From Alphaproteobacteria bacterium (GTDB lineage: Bacteria > Pseudomonadota > Alphaproteobacteria > SHVV01), in contig OZ253470.1 in the NCBI GenBank assembly GCA_965261735.1, forward strand, positions 992,001 through 1,056,000: a stretch of 64,000 nt of DNA. Direction: 5' to 3'. The translations under genes were made by a program, and so were the position numbers. The notes beneath the pieces were generated by a model. The model made no database searches, was not told the DNA's origin, and saw only the letters and a program-made list of their open reading frames with translations. Positions 1 to 11,627 of this stretch are shown in pieces (position 1 is the first letter of the stretch; each line of letters opens with the position of its first letter).

Positions 1-409
1 GATCGAAGTCCGCGGCCTCCAACAGCGAGGCGATCATCGACGTCGTCGTGGTCTTGCCGTGGGTGCCGCCGACGGCGATCGACCAGCGCAGGCGCATCAG
101 CTCGGCCAACATTTCGGCACGCCGCACAACCGGCAGGAAGCGGGCGCGCGCCGCCTCGACTTCGGGGTTGTCCGTGCCGACCGCCGAGGACACTACAACG
201 ACCTGGGCCTCGCCCAGGTTGGCGGCATCATGGCCCGCGGCGATGCCGATACCGAGCGCCCTCAGGCGTACCACGTTGCTGCCTTCGACGGCGTCGCTGC
301 CCTGCACCGCATAGCCGAGGTTGTGCATGATCTCGGCAATCCCACTCATGCCGATGCCGCCGATGCCGACGAAGTGGATGGGGCCGATGTCGAGCGGGAG
401 GTACCTCAC
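1..409 (-). CDS. murC: UDP-N-acetylmuramate--L-alanine ligase, 5' part (runs off window)
   Basis: GTG at 409 overlaps murG stop; reads [26 protein letters not shown]; HGKTTTTS P-loop near position 50. Confidence 0.95.
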   Translation of the reverse strand, partial: MRYLPLDIGPIHFVGIGGIGMSGIAEIMHNLGYAVQGSDAVEGSNVVRLRALGIGIAAGHDAANLGEAQVVVVSSAVGTDNPEVEAARARFLPVVRRAEMLAELMRLRWSIAVGGTHGKTTTTSMIASLLEAADFD

Positions 410-1548
410 CGCGCGGCCCCCCGGCGCCCGCGCTCGTCTCGGTTCGGCGCCAGGCCCTCGACCAGATCGGCAAGATGGCGCGCCGCGTCCGGCGTGGCCG
501 CGTTGCGCGCCTGCTCGGCGGCGGACGCGAGCGCGGTGGGGTCGGCGGCGAGCGCCTCGAGCCGGGTGGCCAGCGCGGACGCGGTGAAATCCGCCTCCCC
601 GATCAGCCATGCGCCACCCCGATCCGCGAGCGTCCGGGCGTTGGCGCGCTGATGATCATCGAACGCCGCGGCGAAGGGCACCAGGATCGCCGGCCGGCCG
701 GCGGTCGCGAGCTCCGCCACCGTGGCCGCTCCGGCGCGCGCGATCACCAAGTGGGCGTCGGCCAACCGGGCCGGAAGATCGGCGAAGAAGGGGGCGAGCT
801 CGGCCCGGATCGCGGCGCGCCCGTAGTGCGCGCGGACGCCCGCCATGTCCTCGGGCCGGCACTGCTGCGCAACGTCGAGCCGCGCCCGCAGGTCACCATC
901 GAGCGCGGCGAGCGCGGGTGGCACCACCCTGGAGAAGATCCGCGCGCCCTGGCTGCCACCTATAACAAGGAGGCGAAGGGTGCGCTCCGCCGCCGGCGGC
1001 CTATAGAGCGACGCGGCGATCGCGGCGATTTCGGCGCGCACCGGATTGCCGGTGAGGGCGGTCTCGGTGTCGCGCGCACGCTCAAGGCCGCGGGTGTGCG
1101 CGAGCGACAGCGCGATCCGCGAGACGTGCGGCGCGAGCAGGCGATTGACACGACCGAGTACCGCGTTCTGCTCGTGGATGACCGTCGGAATACCGGCCCA
1201 CAGCGCGGCAAGCAGCGTCGGAAGCGACGGGTAGCCGCCGAAGCCGACCGCGACGCCGGCTTGGAGGCGGGCGAGCAGGCGACGCGCGGCGAGCGTCCCC
1301 GCGGCAATATCGAACACCCCCTTGAGCGAGCCGAGGGGCCGGCTCAGCGCCAGCGTCCCGGCGCGCACCGCGTGGGTCTCGATCGCGCCCTGCGCCGCGC
1401 CGGTATCGGCCGGCGCCCACGCCGCGCCCCGCGAATCGGTGATCAATGCGAGCCGCCGTCCGCGCGCCAGCAGCTCGCCCGCCAGTGCATGGGCGGGAAA
1501 GACGTGGCCGCCGGTGCCGCCGGCGGCGAGAACAATCGGCGCGCTCAC
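406..1548 (-). CDS. murG: Lipid II N-acetylglucosaminyltransferase
   Basis: [23 protein letters not shown] and GGSQGA motifs; GTG start overlapping ftsW stop. Confidence 0.96.
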   Translation of the reverse strand: MSAPIVLAAGGTGGHVFPAHALAGELLARGRRLALITDSRGAAWAPADTGAAQGAIETHAVRAGTLALSRPLGSLKGVFDIAAGTLAARRLLARLQAGVAVGFGGYPSLPTLLAALWAGIPTVIHEQNAVLGRVNRLLAPHVSRIALSLAHTRGLERARDTETALTGNPVRAEIAAIAASLYRPPAAERTLRLLVIGGSQGARIFSRVVPPALAALDGDLRARLDVAQQCRPEDMAGVRAHYGRAAIRAELAPFFADLPARLADAHLVIARAGAATVAELATAGRPAILVPFAAAFDDHQRANARTLADRGGAWLIGEADFTASALATRLEALAADPTALASAAEQARNAATPDAARHLADLVEGLAPNRDERGRRGAAR

Positions 1549-2681
1549 GGCGCCGACCCCCCAATATCCCCGCCGCCGGCTCTCCGGCGCGTCAACGCCA
1601 GCACCATACCCATACCGAGTGCCAGCGCGACGAGCGAGGAGCCGCCGTAGCTGATGAACGGGAGGGTCATGCCCTTGGTCGGGAGGAGGCGCAGGTTGAC
1701 TCCCATGTTGATGGCCGCCTGCAAACCGAACTGGGTGAGCAGGCCGGTCGCGGCGAGCAGGACGAAGTAGCTCGACTCGCGCTGCAGACGGCTGAATCCC
1801 CTGAGCACGACGAAGGCGAACAGGCCGACGATGAGGAGGCAGGTCACGAGCCCGAACTCCTCGCCGGCGACCGCGAAGATAAAATCGGTATGGGCGTCGG
1901 GCAGGACCTGCTTGACCACGCCCTCGCCCGGGCCGCGACCGAGGAGTCCCCCCATGCCGAAGGCCTCCAGCGCGGTATCGATCTGGTAGCTGTCGCCGCT
2001 CGCGGGATCGAGGAAGCGGTCGATGCGGCTGGCCGCGTGGGGCAGTAACGCGTATGCGGCAAGGCCACCGGCGCCCCCCACGGCGAAGACGCCGACGATC
2101 CAGGGTGTGGCGAGCCCGGCGAGGTACAGTTGGACCGACCACACGGCACCGATCACCGCCATCATGCCGATGTCGGGTTGCGCGGCGAGCAGCGCGAGCA
2201 TCAGCGCCAGCAGGGCGAGGGCGAGCCCATAGGCGGCCAAGCCAGGACGCCCCGAGCTCGCCGAAAGAACCCAAGCGATGGCGACGACGAACGTCGGCTT
2301 GAGGAACTCGGAGGGCTGCACCACGAGTGGACCGATGGCGAGCCACCGCCGGGCGCCGTTGATGTCCTCGCCGCCGACGAGCGTTAGCGCGGTGAGGATC
2401 AGCGCGCCTGCAAACCCGGCCACGGCCATGCGGCGTACACCGAGCGGGCTAAGCAGCGCCACCCCGCCCATGATCGCGAGCGCCGCCAACAGCACGATGA
2501 ACTGGCGCCGAGCGAAGTAGAAGGCGTCGAGGTTGAGGCGCTCGGCGACCGCGGGGCTCGCGGCCATCACCAGAATCATGCCGAGCGCGGCGAGAAGCGC
2601 GATGGCCAGAAGCTGCCAGCGATCGACCGTCCACCACCAGCGGCCGACGATGCTGGTGTCGGTGCGGGCAACGCCAATCAT
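1545..2681 (-). CDS. ftsW: SEDS peptidoglycan polymerase FtsW
   Basis: RWWWTVD, GARRW, QPSEFLK, LPDAHTDFIF, PFISYGGSS. Confidence 0.96.
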   Translation of the reverse strand: MIGVARTDTSIVGRWWWTVDRWQLLAIALLAALGMILVMAASPAVAERLNLDAFYFARRQFIVLLAALAIMGGVALLSPLGVRRMAVAGFAGALILTALTLVGGEDINGARRWLAIGPLVVQPSEFLKPTFVVAIAWVLSASSGRPGLAAYGLALALLALMLALLAAQPDIGMMAVIGAVWSVQLYLAGLATPWIVGVFAVGGAGGLAAYALLPHAASRIDRFLDPASGDSYQIDTALEAFGMGGLLGRGPGEGVVKQVLPDAHTDFIFAVAGEEFGLVTCLLIVGLFAFVVLRGFSRLQRESSYFVLLAATGLLTQFGLQAAINMGVNLRLLPTKGMTLPFISYGGSSLVALALGMGMVLALTRRRAGGGDIGGSAP

Positions 2682-4069
2682 CGCGGGCTCTCCCGGCGCC
2701 CCGGCAGCGCGTGTACGAGCGCGCGAAACCTGTCGCCCCTCGCCGCGAAGTCGCGCCACTGGTCGAACGAGGCGCACGCCGGCGACAACAGCACCACCGG
2801 GTCGGCGCGCGCCTCCTTGCGGGCCAAGACGTGCGCCTGCGCGAGCGCCGATTCGAGATCGCGCGACTCGGTGAGCGCGACGCGGCCCGCGAGCGTCGCG
2901 GCGAAGTCGGGCCCCGCCTCGCCGATCAGGAACGCGTGCGCCAGGCGCGAGAACAGCGGTGCGAGAGCCGCGATGCCGCCCTCCTTCGCGCGCCCCCCGG
3001 CGATCCAATAGATATTGTAGAAGGTGGCAAGCGCGCGGGCCGCGGCCTCGGCGTTGGTCGCCTTGCTATCGTTGACGTAGCGCACGCCTTCGATCACCGC
3101 CACCTCCTCCAACCGGTGAGGAAGCCCGGGAAAGCCGGCCAACGCCGCGACCACGGGTGCGCCCGGCAGGCCGAGGGCGCGGGCGGCGGCAACCGCAGCG
3201 GCCGCGTTCTGCCAGTTGTGCGCACCGCGCAAGCCACGGAGGCCGGCGAGATCGGCGGTAACCGGTTTGGCGCCGGTCGCATCACGCAGCACTCCGTCGA
3301 TGACAGCGACCCCGCCCTCGACCTCGCGCCCAACCGCGACCGGGATGAGGCGCTGGCGCGCAGCCTGTCCAAGCTGGTCGTGGAGGGCCGCGCCACCGGC
3401 GTCGTCGATGCCGATGACCGCCGCGTGGCGCCGGCGCTGGCCGCGGAAGATGCGCTTTTTAGCGGCGACGTATCCCGACAGGCCGCCGTGCCGGTCGAGG
3501 TGGTCGGCGCCGATGTTGAGGAGCACGGCGACGTCGCACACCAGCGTCCGCGTGGTGTCGAGCTGGTAGGACGACAGCTCGAGAACGTAAACGCCGTCCT
3601 CGTCGAGCACCGGAAGGTCGAGCACCGGTTGGCCGAGATTGCCGCCGACCGCGGCCGAGCGCCCCAGCGTAGCGAGGATGTGGCCGATGAGCGCGGTCGT
3701 CGTCGATTTGCCATTGGTGCCGGTCACGCCCACGACGCTGGCCTGCGGCTTGCCGCGGGCGAACAACTCGACGTCGCCGAGCACCTCGCAGCCGGCCTCG
3801 TTCGCGCGCGCGACGACGGGGTGCGGCGACGGGTGGCGGAACGGCACGCCTGGGCTCAAGACGAGCGCGGCCATGGGGTGGAGGTCGCTACGATAGAGGT
3901 TGCCGAGCGGGATCCCGCGCCGCGCCGCCGCGCGGCGCGCGCGCGCATCGTCGTCCCACGCCTGGACGGCGGAGCCCCCGGCCATCAGCGCGCGCGCCGA
4001 GGCCAGGCCGCTGCGCCCGAGGCCGAACACGGCAACGGTGCGATCGGCGAAGACATCGCTCTCGATCAT
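2678..4069 (-). CDS. murD: UDP-MurNAc-L-Ala--D-glutamate ligase
   Basis: GLGRSG, TGTNGKSTT, DHLDRH, NDSKATN, SPACASFDQW. Confidence 0.96.
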   Translation of the reverse strand: MIESDVFADRTVAVFGLGRSGLASARALMAGGSAVQAWDDDARARRAAARRGIPLGNLYRSDLHPMAALVLSPGVPFRHPSPHPVVARANEAGCEVLGDVELFARGKPQASVVGVTGTNGKSTTTALIGHILATLGRSAAVGGNLGQPVLDLPVLDEDGVYVLELSSYQLDTTRTLVCDVAVLLNIGADHLDRHGGLSGYVAAKKRIFRGQRRRHAAVIGIDDAGGAALHDQLGQAARQRLIPVAVGREVEGGVAVIDGVLRDATGAKPVTADLAGLRGLRGAHNWQNAAAAVAAARALGLPGAPVVAALAGFPGLPHRLEEVAVIEGVRYVNDSKATNAEAAARALATFYNIYWIAGGRAKEGGIAALAPLFSRLAHAFLIGEAGPDFAATLAGRVALTESRDLESALAQAHVLARKEARADPVVLLSPACASFDQWRDFAARGDRFRALVHALPGRRESPR

Positions 4070-4073
4070 TCTA

Positions 4074-5162
4074 TCACCGCAGCTTCAGCGTTGCGAGCCC
4101 GAGGAGCGCGAGCACCAGGGCGATGATCCAGAAGCGGATCACGATCGTCGATTCGGCCCACCCTTTCTGCTCGAAGTGGTGATGCAGCGGGGCCATGCGG
4201 AAGACGCGCCGGCCGGTGAGCTGGAACGACGCGACCTGGACGATCACGGATGCGGTCTCGAGGACGAACAGGCCGCCGATGAGGACCAGCACCAGCTCGT
4301 GCTTGGTGATCACGCTGACGGCGCCGAGCGCGCCGCCAACGGCAAGGCTACCGGTGTCGCCCATGAACACCATGGCCGGCGGCGCGTTGTACCAAAGGAA
4401 GCCGAGGCTCGCGCCGACGAGGGCGCCGCAGAACACCGCGAGCTCGCCGGCCCCGGGAACAGAATGGATCTGGAGGTAGTCGGAGAACACCGCGTTGCCG
4501 GCGAGGTAGGAGATGAGCGCGAACGCGGATGCGGCGATCATGACGGGTACGATCGCCAACCCGTCCAGCCCGTCGGTCAAGTTGACCGAGTTCGACGCGC
4601 CGACCACGACGAAGATCGCGAGCGGCAGGAAGAAGGCGCCGAGTGGAATGAGCACGTCCTTGAAGAACGGAACCGCGAGAGAGGTACTGAGCGGACCCGA
4701 CGTACGCGTCATGATCCACCAGGCCGCGAGCGCCGCGATGGCGACCTCGAGCACCAGCTTGAGGGTCGCAGGGAGCCCGCGGTGGCTGTCGCGGGTGAGC
4801 TTCAGGTAGTCGTCGGCGAAGCCGATGGCGCCGAAGCCCAGCGTCACCAGCATCACAGCCCACACGTAGGTGTTGGTCAGGTCTGCCCATAGCAGCGTGC
4901 CGAACCCGACGCCGAGCAGGATGAGGAAGCCGCCCATCGTCGGCGTTCCCTGCTTGGTCGCGAGGTGGCGCTCGGGCCCATCGGCCCTGATCGGCTGGCC
5001 GTTTCGTTGCCGCGCCTTGAGCCAGCGGATCACCGCCGGGCCGCACAGGAAGCTGATGAGGAGCGCGGTCAGCACCGCACCGCCGGTGCGAAAGGTGATG
5101 TAGCGGAACAGGTTGAAGAAACTGACGTCGTCGGCGAGGGGAAACAACAGGTGGAACAGCAC
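4074..5162 (-). CDS. mraY: Phospho-MurNAc-pentapeptide transferase
   Basis: [35 protein letters not shown]. Confidence 0.96.
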   Translation of the reverse strand: MLFHLLFPLADDVSFFNLFRYITFRTGGAVLTALLISFLCGPAVIRWLKARQRNGQPIRADGPERHLATKQGTPTMGGFLILLGVGFGTLLWADLTNTYVWAVMLVTLGFGAIGFADDYLKLTRDSHRGLPATLKLVLEVAIAALAAWWIMTRTSGPLSTSLAVPFFKDVLIPLGAFFLPLAIFVVVGASNSVNLTDGLDGLAIVPVMIAASAFALISYLAGNAVFSDYLQIHSVPGAGELAVFCGALVGASLGFLWYNAPPAMVFMGDTGSLAVGGALGAVSVITKHELVLVLIGGLFVLETASVIVQVASFQLTGRRVFRMAPLHHHFEQKGWAESTIVIRFWIIALVLALLGLATLKLR

Positions 5163-5175
5163 GGGAGTGCGAGCC

Positions 5176-6603
5176 CTAGCCGTTGGCCGCCATCGGCGGC
5201 GGCGCATCGAGTCGAAGCAGCGCGTCCACCACCTCGCGCATACGGCTCGCGAGCGACCCCTTGACCATGACCACATCACCGGGCCGCACCTGGCCGACCA
5301 CGAGCGGGGCCAGGGCGGCTGCCGTGTCGACGTGGCCGGCACGCACCGGCGCGGGCAGGCCGGCAGCGAGGTGAGCCATGTCGGGGCCGGCGGTAAACGC
5401 GAGGTCGATCCCTACCGCAACCAGGTCCTTGGCGAGGGCCGCGTGGAGGCGGGCCGCCTCGGGTCCGAGCTCGAGCATGTCGCCGAGGACGGCAATGCGG
5501 CGTCCTTGGCGTCCGGTCTCGGCCGCGGCCAGCGTGGCAAAAGCGGCGCGCACGGCGACGGGGCTCGCGTTGTAGCTTTCGTCGATCAGCTCGAAGCTGC
5601 CACCGCCGATGGCAATGCGGTGCCGACGGCCGCGGCCCTCGGGGGCGGCCATCCCGGCAAGCGCCATACCGGCGAGGCCGAGATCGGCGCCGAGCGCGAC
5701 CACGGCGGCGAGGACGGCAATACTGTTCATCACCCAGTGCCGCCCCGGCACGCCAACCTTGAAGACGATGGCTTGGCCACCGATGTCGGCCGAGATGCAG
5801 CTCATGTCGGCCTGGTGCGCGGCCTTGATGAGGCGCGCCCAGGCCTCCGGGCCGGCACCGAATCCGAATGTTCGGCCGGCGCCGTGAGCCGCCGCCGCGC
5901 GGGCCAGGCGCTCGTAGTGCGGGTTGTCGCGGTTGAGGATGGCGGTGCCGCCGGGCTCGAGGCCCTCGAAGATCTCGGCCTTGGCTTTGGCGATCGCCTC
6001 GATGGAGCCGAAGTGAGCGAGGTGGACCGCCTCGACGGTCGTGATCAACGCCACGTGCGGCCTTACCAGCCGGGCCAGCGGGCCGAGCTCGCCCGGGTGG
6101 TTCATGCCGAGCTCGAACACCCCGTAGCGCGCGTCCCTCGGCATGCGCGCGAGGCTCACCGGCACGCCCCACTGATTGTTGTAGCTGGCGACGCTGGCAT
6201 GAGTCGGACCTTGGCGGCCGAGCGCGAGCTTCAATGCCTCCTTGGTCCCGGTCTTGCCGACGCTGCCGGTGACCGCGATGATAGAGGCCGAACTGCGGGC
6301 GCGCGCGGCGCCGCCGAGGGCGTTGAGGGCTCGCATCGTATCGTCGACCAGCAGCAGCGGTGCGCCGCGCCGCTGGGCGCCGGGCCGGCGGCTCACGACC
6401 GCCGCGGCCGCGCCCCGGTCGAGCGCTTCGACGACGTGGCGGTGGCCGTCCGTGTTCGGCCCCTCGAGCGCCACGAACAAATCGCCGGCGACCAGCGTGC
6501 GGCTGTCGATCGACACGCCGTGCGCCACCCACTCGTCGAGGGGCGCGCCCGCCGTGGCGGCCGCCGCCTCGGCCGCGCTCCACAATGGCAGCGGCGCGCT
6601 CAT
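5176..6603 (-). CDS. murF: UDP-MurNAc-tripeptide--D-Ala-D-Ala ligase
   Basis: [40 protein letters not shown]. Confidence 0.95.
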   Translation of the reverse strand: MSAPLPLWSAAEAAAATAGAPLDEWVAHGVSIDSRTLVAGDLFVALEGPNTDGHRHVVEALDRGAAAAVVSRRPGAQRRGAPLLLVDDTMRALNALGGAARARSSASIIAVTGSVGKTGTKEALKLALGRQGPTHASVASYNNQWGVPVSLARMPRDARYGVFELGMNHPGELGPLARLVRPHVALITTVEAVHLAHFGSIEAIAKAKAEIFEGLEPGGTAILNRDNPHYERLARAAAAHGAGRTFGFGAGPEAWARLIKAAHQADMSCISADIGGQAIVFKVGVPGRHWVMNSIAVLAAVVALGADLGLAGMALAGMAAPEGRGRRHRIAIGGGSFELIDESYNASPVAVRAAFATLAAAETGRQGRRIAVLGDMLELGPEAARLHAALAKDLVAVGIDLAFTAGPDMAHLAAGLPAPVRAGHVDTAAALAPLVVGQVRPGDVVMVKGSLASRMREVVDALLRLDAPPPMAANG

Positions 6604-8069
6604 GCCGGACAGTCCTCGAGTCTTGCAGTCAAGCCCGCCGCTAGGTCCGCGACGCACGCGCGCGCGACTTCCGCGTCATCGAACGGGCGTACCTGCCCGC
6701 CGACGATCTGCCCGCGCTCGTGGCCCTTGCCGGCCACCACCAGCACGTCGCCTCGGCGCAGCCTGCCGATCGCGGTGCCAATCGCCGCGCCGCGGTCGCC
6801 GACCTCGTCGGCATCGGGACAGCCGGCCATGATCTCGCCGCGGATCGCCGCCGCGTCTTCGCCGCGTGGGTTGTCGTCGGTGACGATCGCCCAGTCCGCA
6901 TGCTTGGCGGCAACGCGCCCCATGAGCGGCCGCTTCGCGCGATCGCGATCGCCTCCGCAGCCGAACACGACGCCGAGCGAACGCTCGGTGTAGGGCCGGA
7001 GCCCGAGCAGCGCGCGCTCGAGCGCGTCCGGGGTGTGGGCATAGTCGACGAACACGGGCGCCCCGCTCGGGTGGCGCGCCACGTTTTCGAGGCGCCCCGG
7101 CACCACGGTGAGGTCGCCAATCGTAGCCAGCGCCGAATCTGGGGAGGCGCCGGCCGCGACGACCAGGGCCAACGCACAAAGGACGTTGTACGCCTGGAAC
7201 TCACCGACCAGCGATAGCGCCGCCTGGTGGCGCTCGCCGGCAACGATAAGCGTCAGGCGCTGGCCGCCGAGCACGAGCTCCTGATGATCGAGCCTGAAGT
7301 CGGCGCCGGCCTGCCCGAAGCTGACCACGCGCAGGCCGCGCGCGTGGCACAGTTCGCTAAGCTGCCCGAACTCCGCCACATCGGCATTGAGCACGGCGGT
7401 GCCCCCATCCATCACCTGGCCGAACAGTCGCGATTTGGCGGCCAGGTAGGACTCTGCGGCACCGTGATAATCGAGGTGATCGTGGCTCAGGTTGGTGAAC
7501 GCTGCCGCCGCCAGTCGAACGCCGTCGAGGCGATACTGATCGAGTCCGTGGCTCGAGGCTTCCAGCGCTACGTGATCGACCCCGCGCCCGGCGAGCTCGG
7601 CGAGCAGGCGATGCAGCGATACGGGCTCGGGCGTGGTCACGGGCAGGAACCGGCTCAGCCCTGGCGCGTGCACGCCGAGGGTGCCGATCGACGCCGCTTC
7701 GAGGCCGAGATGGCGCCACATTTGGGTGACGAACGAGGCCACCGACGTCTTGCCGTTGGTGCCCGTCACCGCGACCGCGATGGCGGGCTGCGCGCCGAAG
7801 AACGTGGCTGCGATAAGAGCGAGGCGGCGGCGCGGATTGACGTCGGTGACGAGCGCGACACGCTCGCCCGGCGACGGCGTGCCGGGCGGCGCGAGGATAG
7901 CACCCGCGCCGGCGGCGAGCGCGGCAGCGATATAATCGGCCCCGTTCGCGCGGCTTCCGGTCAGCGCCGCAAACAGGAAACCCGGTCGAACCTCGGCACT
8001 GTGAGCGGTGAGGCCGGTGATCTCCGGGTCCACCGCCAGCCCCCCGCCGATGAGCTTAGAAAGCCGCAT
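6600..8069 (-). CDS. murE: UDP-MurNAc-dipeptide--meso-DAP ligase
   Basis: TGTNGKTS, DHLDYH, VDYAHTPD, DDNPR (DAP-specific), AGKGHE. Confidence 0.96.
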   Translation of the reverse strand: MRLSKLIGGGLAVDPEITGLTAHSAEVRPGFLFAALTGSRANGADYIAAALAAGAGAILAPPGTPSPGERVALVTDVNPRRRLALIAATFFGAQPAIAVAVTGTNGKTSVASFVTQMWRHLGLEAASIGTLGVHAPGLSRFLPVTTPEPVSLHRLLAELAGRGVDHVALEASSHGLDQYRLDGVRLAAAAFTNLSHDHLDYHGAAESYLAAKSRLFGQVMDGGTAVLNADVAEFGQLSELCHARGLRVVSFGQAGADFRLDHQELVLGGQRLTLIVAGERHQAALSLVGEFQAYNVLCALALVVAAGASPDSALATIGDLTVVPGRLENVARHPSGAPVFVDYAHTPDALERALLGLRPYTERSLGVVFGCGGDRDRAKRPLMGRVAAKHADWAIVTDDNPRGEDAAAIRGEIMAGCPDADEVGDRGAAIGTAIGRLRRGDVLVVAGKGHERGQIVGGQVRPFDDAEVARACVADLAAGLTARLEDCPA

Positions 8070-9780
8070 TGCGACCCCGCTTGGCGGTTCCGGCGACGAG
8101 CAGCCCGCGGCGCGTATCACTCGAGGGGTCGGCGACGGGCACGACGCCGAGCAGCGGGCCGACGCGGCCGATGACGCGCCCGACCACCGGCGCCGCGGTC
8201 CAGCCGCCGGTCGCGAAGCCCTGTGTGGCATCGGTGCCGCGCGGCTCGTCGAGCAGCGCAAGTACGAGATAGCGCGGCGCCCCCATGGGAAACACCCCGA
8301 CGAACGAGGACACCAAAACGCCCCGCCGATAGCCGCGGCGCCCGGGCTTCTCGGCCGTTCCCGTCTTACCGCCGACCGCATAGCCGGGCCGGCCCGCCTT
8401 GCGGCCGGTACCATGCTCCACGACCAGCCGCAGCAGCCGGCGCATCGTGTGCGAGGTGTCGGCCGAGATCACCCTGAGGCCGGCGGGTTGGTGGCCCGGT
8501 TCGCGGCGCACCAGGGTCGGCGGGACGAGGACGCCGTCGTTGGCGAGCGCCGCAAAACCGACCGCGAGCTGCAGGGGGCTGACGGCGATGCCGTGACCGA
8601 AGGCCACCGTCATGGTGTTGATGTCGCGCCATGGCGAGGGCACTAGCGGCTCGCCGACCTCGGGCAGCTCGATGCGGGGCGCATTAAGGAGGCCAACGCG
8701 CGCCAGGAACGAGCGTTGGCGCTCGCCGCCGACGTCGAGCGCCATCTTGGCGGCCCCAATGTTGGAGGAATAGACGAAGATTTCGGGGACGGTGAGCCAC
8801 CGCCGCTTGGCGTGGTAGTCGCGAATGAGGTAGCGGGCGATACGGATCGGCTGCGACGCATCGTAGCCGTCGGATACCTTGACGACGCCTGCGTCGAGCG
8901 CGACCGCGGTGGTGAACGCCTTGAAGGTCGAACCCATTTCGTAGACGCCGAGGGTCGCGCGATTGAACAGGGCCTCGGCGGCGAAGTCGCCGGCGCGGTT
9001 GGGATCGAAGTCGGGCAACGATACGAGCGCCAGCGTCTCGCCCGTCCTGACGTCGAGCACCAAGCCGGCGGCCCCGGCCGCTTGGTGGCGGCGTACCGCG
9101 GCGCCGAGCTCGTCGGCGAGCGCGTGCTGAACACGATGATCGAGGCTGAGGGCGAGCGCGCCCGTCCCCGGTGCGGTGAGGGAGGCATCGAAGAACCTCT
9201 CGATGCCGGCGAGGCCGCTATTGTCGATACCGCTGAAGCCGAGAACGTGCGCCGCCAGCCGCCCGAGCGGATAGACGCGGCGCGGCTCGTTCTGAAACGC
9301 GAGGCCAGGAATGCCGAGGCGGTTGACGGCGTATTGCTGCCTCGGGGCGAGACCGCGCTTGAGCCACACGAAGGACTTGCCCGACGCGAGCTTGTTCGCC
9401 ACGGCGCCCGCATCGAGGCCAGGTAGCGTGCGCGCAAGCGCGGCCGCGGCGCGCTCCGCGTCGATGATGCGGCGTGGATTGGCGTAGAGCGAAGCGGTCG
9501 TCAGCGTGGTCGCGAGCAGCATGCCATTACGGTCGATGATGTCGGCGCGCGGCTGCGCCGCGATCGCCGGCTGCGCGACCAGGCGCAACTCGTTGCGGTC
9601 GCGCAGGAGCGTGAGGTCGACGAGCCGGCCGGCGATGACGACGAACGCAAGCGCGAACACCGCGCCCACGGTAAGCAGGCGGCGATGCCCGCGTTCGATA
9701 ACGCACTCGGGCGCGCTCGCGGCCGCGTCGGCGGCGCGCCGGGCCGGCACACTGGGGGTGCCATGCTGAAGGGCGGTCAT
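8056..9780 (-). CDS. ftsI: Penicillin-binding protein 3 (septal transpeptidase)
   Basis: RADIIDRNG; catalytic motifs STFK, SSN and KTG; dcw position. Confidence 0.95.
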   Translation of the reverse strand: MTALQHGTPSVPARRAADAAASAPECVIERGHRRLLTVGAVFALAFVVIAGRLVDLTLLRDRNELRLVAQPAIAAQPRADIIDRNGMLLATTLTTASLYANPRRIIDAERAAAALARTLPGLDAGAVANKLASGKSFVWLKRGLAPRQQYAVNRLGIPGLAFQNEPRRVYPLGRLAAHVLGFSGIDNSGLAGIERFFDASLTAPGTGALALSLDHRVQHALADELGAAVRRHQAAGAAGLVLDVRTGETLALVSLPDFDPNRAGDFAAEALFNRATLGVYEMGSTFKAFTTAVALDAGVVKVSDGYDASQPIRIARYLIRDYHAKRRWLTVPEIFVYSSNIGAAKMALDVGGERQRSFLARVGLLNAPRIELPEVGEPLVPSPWRDINTMTVAFGHGIAVSPLQLAVGFAALANDGVLVPPTLVRREPGHQPAGLRVISADTSHTMRRLLRLVVEHGTGRKAGRPGYAVGGKTGTAEKPGRRGYRRGVLVSSFVGVFPMGAPRYLVLALLDEPRGTDATQGFATGGWTAAPVVGRVIGRVGPLLGVVPVADPSSDTRRGLLVAGTAKRGRNAAF

Positions 9781-10124
9781 GGCGCCGCCCTCGGCGGTGC
9801 GGCGCGCGCGATCGCGGGCGGCCGCGGAAGTGGGATCGCGACGGCGGGCCGGCGCAGCGGAAGCTCGAGCACGGTTCCGATTTGATGCAGCGCGAGCGGC
9901 GCCAGGCCGAGGTGGCGCACCGCCAACTCATCGAGCCGCTCGGGCCGGTTGAGGTAGCTCCATTCGGCCCTGAGCACGCGGACCGCTTCCTGCTCGACGA
10001 GAATGGCCTTGTTCACGGCGGTCATCCGCGCCTCGAGCCGCATAACCTCCTGCTTGAGATGGTAGAGGCCGAGCGAGATCACGGCCGCGAGGGCCAGCAT
10101 GGTGAGCATGAGCGGACGCCTCAC
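9777..10124 (-). CDS. ftsL: Cell division protein FtsL
   Basis: TM helix plus coiled coil, LRAEWSYLNRPERL, between rsmH and ftsI. Confidence 0.85.
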   Translation of the reverse strand: MRRPLMLTMLALAAVISLGLYHLKQEVMRLEARMTAVNKAILVEQEAVRVLRAEWSYLNRPERLDELAVRHLGLAPLALHQIGTVLELPLRRPAVAIPLPRPPAIARAAPPRAAP

Positions 10125-11098
10125 GCCGCCGCCTCGCCGTCCCAGGCCGGCGCCGCCGTGCGAACGGCACCGCGCAGCCGCGCCGAGCGCGCCCGCGGAT
10201 TGGCGGCCACCTCGGCCGGCGGCGGCCGGCGCGCGCCGCGCGAGGCGAGTTCGAAGGAAGGCGAGCGTTCGGCGCCGGCGGGGGGTGCGTGGCGGCTCGG
10301 GCGCGGCGCCTGTCCGCCGCGCGCGCGGAGAAACGATTTGACCAGCCGGTCCTCGAGCGAATGAAACGATATGACGGCCAGCCGCCCGCCGGCCCTGAGT
10401 ACGCGCTCGGCTTTACTGAGGCCACGGGAGAGCTCGCCGAGTTCGTCGTTCACGTGGATGCGAAGCGCTTGGAAGGTGCGCGTCGCGGGGTGAATCGAGC
10501 CGGCGGGCCCGCGCGGCACGACGGTGGCGATAACCTCGACCAGCTCGCCCGTGCGCTCGATCGGCCGGCGCGCGCGGGCGGCGACGATGGCGCGTGCCAG
10601 GCGGCGCGCGTGGCGTTCCTCGCCGAGACGCCGGATGATATCGGCGAGCGTGCCCTCGTCCGCGTGATTGACGACGTCGCGGGCCGAGTCACCGCTGCGG
10701 TTCATGCGCATGTCGAGCGGGCCGTCGGCGCGAAAGGAGAATCCGCGCGCCGGATCGTCGAGCTGCATCGACGAGACCCCGAGATCGAGGGCGATGCCGT
10801 CGACCGCGGTGACGCCGTGGCTGGCGAGCAACGCCTCCATCTGCGAGAAGCGCCCCTCGATAAGGACCAGGCGCTCGCCGTGCCGGCGCGCCAGGGCTCG
10901 CCCCGCCGCGAGCGCCGCCGGATCGCGGTCGATCGCGAAAACCCGACAGCGCGCGGCCTCGAGCAGCGCACGAGTCGTGCCGCCGCCGCCGAAGGTGCCG
11001 TCGACGAGGATGTCGCCGTCGGCCGGCGCAAGCAGCTCGAGTACCTCGGCCAGCATGACCGGCCGATGCGCCGCATCCGAGATGGCGGCCGCCATCAC
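10121..11098 (-). CDS. rsmH: 16S rRNA m4C1402 methyltransferase
   Basis: HRPVML, DGTFGGGG, DLGVSSMQLD, HPATRTFQALRI, SFHSLEDR. Confidence 0.96.
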   Translation of the reverse strand: MMAAAISDAAHRPVMLAEVLELLAPADGDILVDGTFGGGGTTRALLEAARCRVFAIDRDPAALAAGRALARRHGERLVLIEGRFSQMEALLASHGVTAVDGIALDLGVSSMQLDDPARGFSFRADGPLDMRMNRSGDSARDVVNHADEGTLADIIRRLGEERHARRLARAIVAARARRPIERTGELVEVIATVVPRGPAGSIHPATRTFQALRIHVNDELGELSRGLSKAERVLRAGGRLAVISFHSLEDRLVKSFLRARGGQAPRPSRHAPPAGAERSPSFELASRGARRPPPAEVAANPRARSARLRGAVRTAAPAWDGEAAA

Positions 11099-11550
11099 GA
11101 CCCCCCGCCGTTACCGAGCGCGCCGCGCTCCTTGCGCGCGAGCGCGAGGGCCTCGGCCTCGACCTCGGTATAGGCCGCGGCGTTCCAGATCTGAAAGGCA
11201 TCGCCGAGGCCGACGAACATCGCGCGCTCGGAGATGTTGGCGTGCGCCATCAGGGCCTCGGACAGCATTACCCGGCCCTCGCCGTCCCACGGCAGCGGCT
11301 GGCTGGCCGCGAAGATCGCGTTGGCGAAGCCGGCGCGCTCGTCGCTGAAGGGGTTGAACTGGCCGATGGTGCGGCCGAGGTCTTCGAGGAAGTCCATGCC
11401 GCAGCCGTCGATGGCCGGGGCCAGGAACGAGGGCCGGGCGACGATGCCGGCGAAGCTCTGTCCCGCGAGCACAGCGCGGAAGGTCGCCGGTACGGAGACC
11501 CGGCCCTTCTTATCGACCTTGTTGACGAACTTCGACAGGAACAGCGCCAA
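11095..11550 (-). CDS. mraZ: Transcriptional repressor MraZ
   Basis: TTG start after GGAGG; two D(K/G)xGR motifs (VDKKGRV, WDGEGRV). Confidence 0.93.
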   Translation of the reverse strand: MALFLSKFVNKVDKKGRVSVPATFRAVLAGQSFAGIVARPSFLAPAIDGCGMDFLEDLGRTIGQFNPFSDERAGFANAIFAASQPLPWDGEGRVMLSEALMAHANISERAMFVGLGDAFQIWNAAAYTEVEAEALALARKERGALGNGGGS

Positions 11551-11627
11551 CCAGCGTCCTCCGCCTTCGGTTCTCGTGCGCGCTGTCGCCAAGCGATGCA
11601 CCCCCCGGACCCCGAATGGCCACGGCC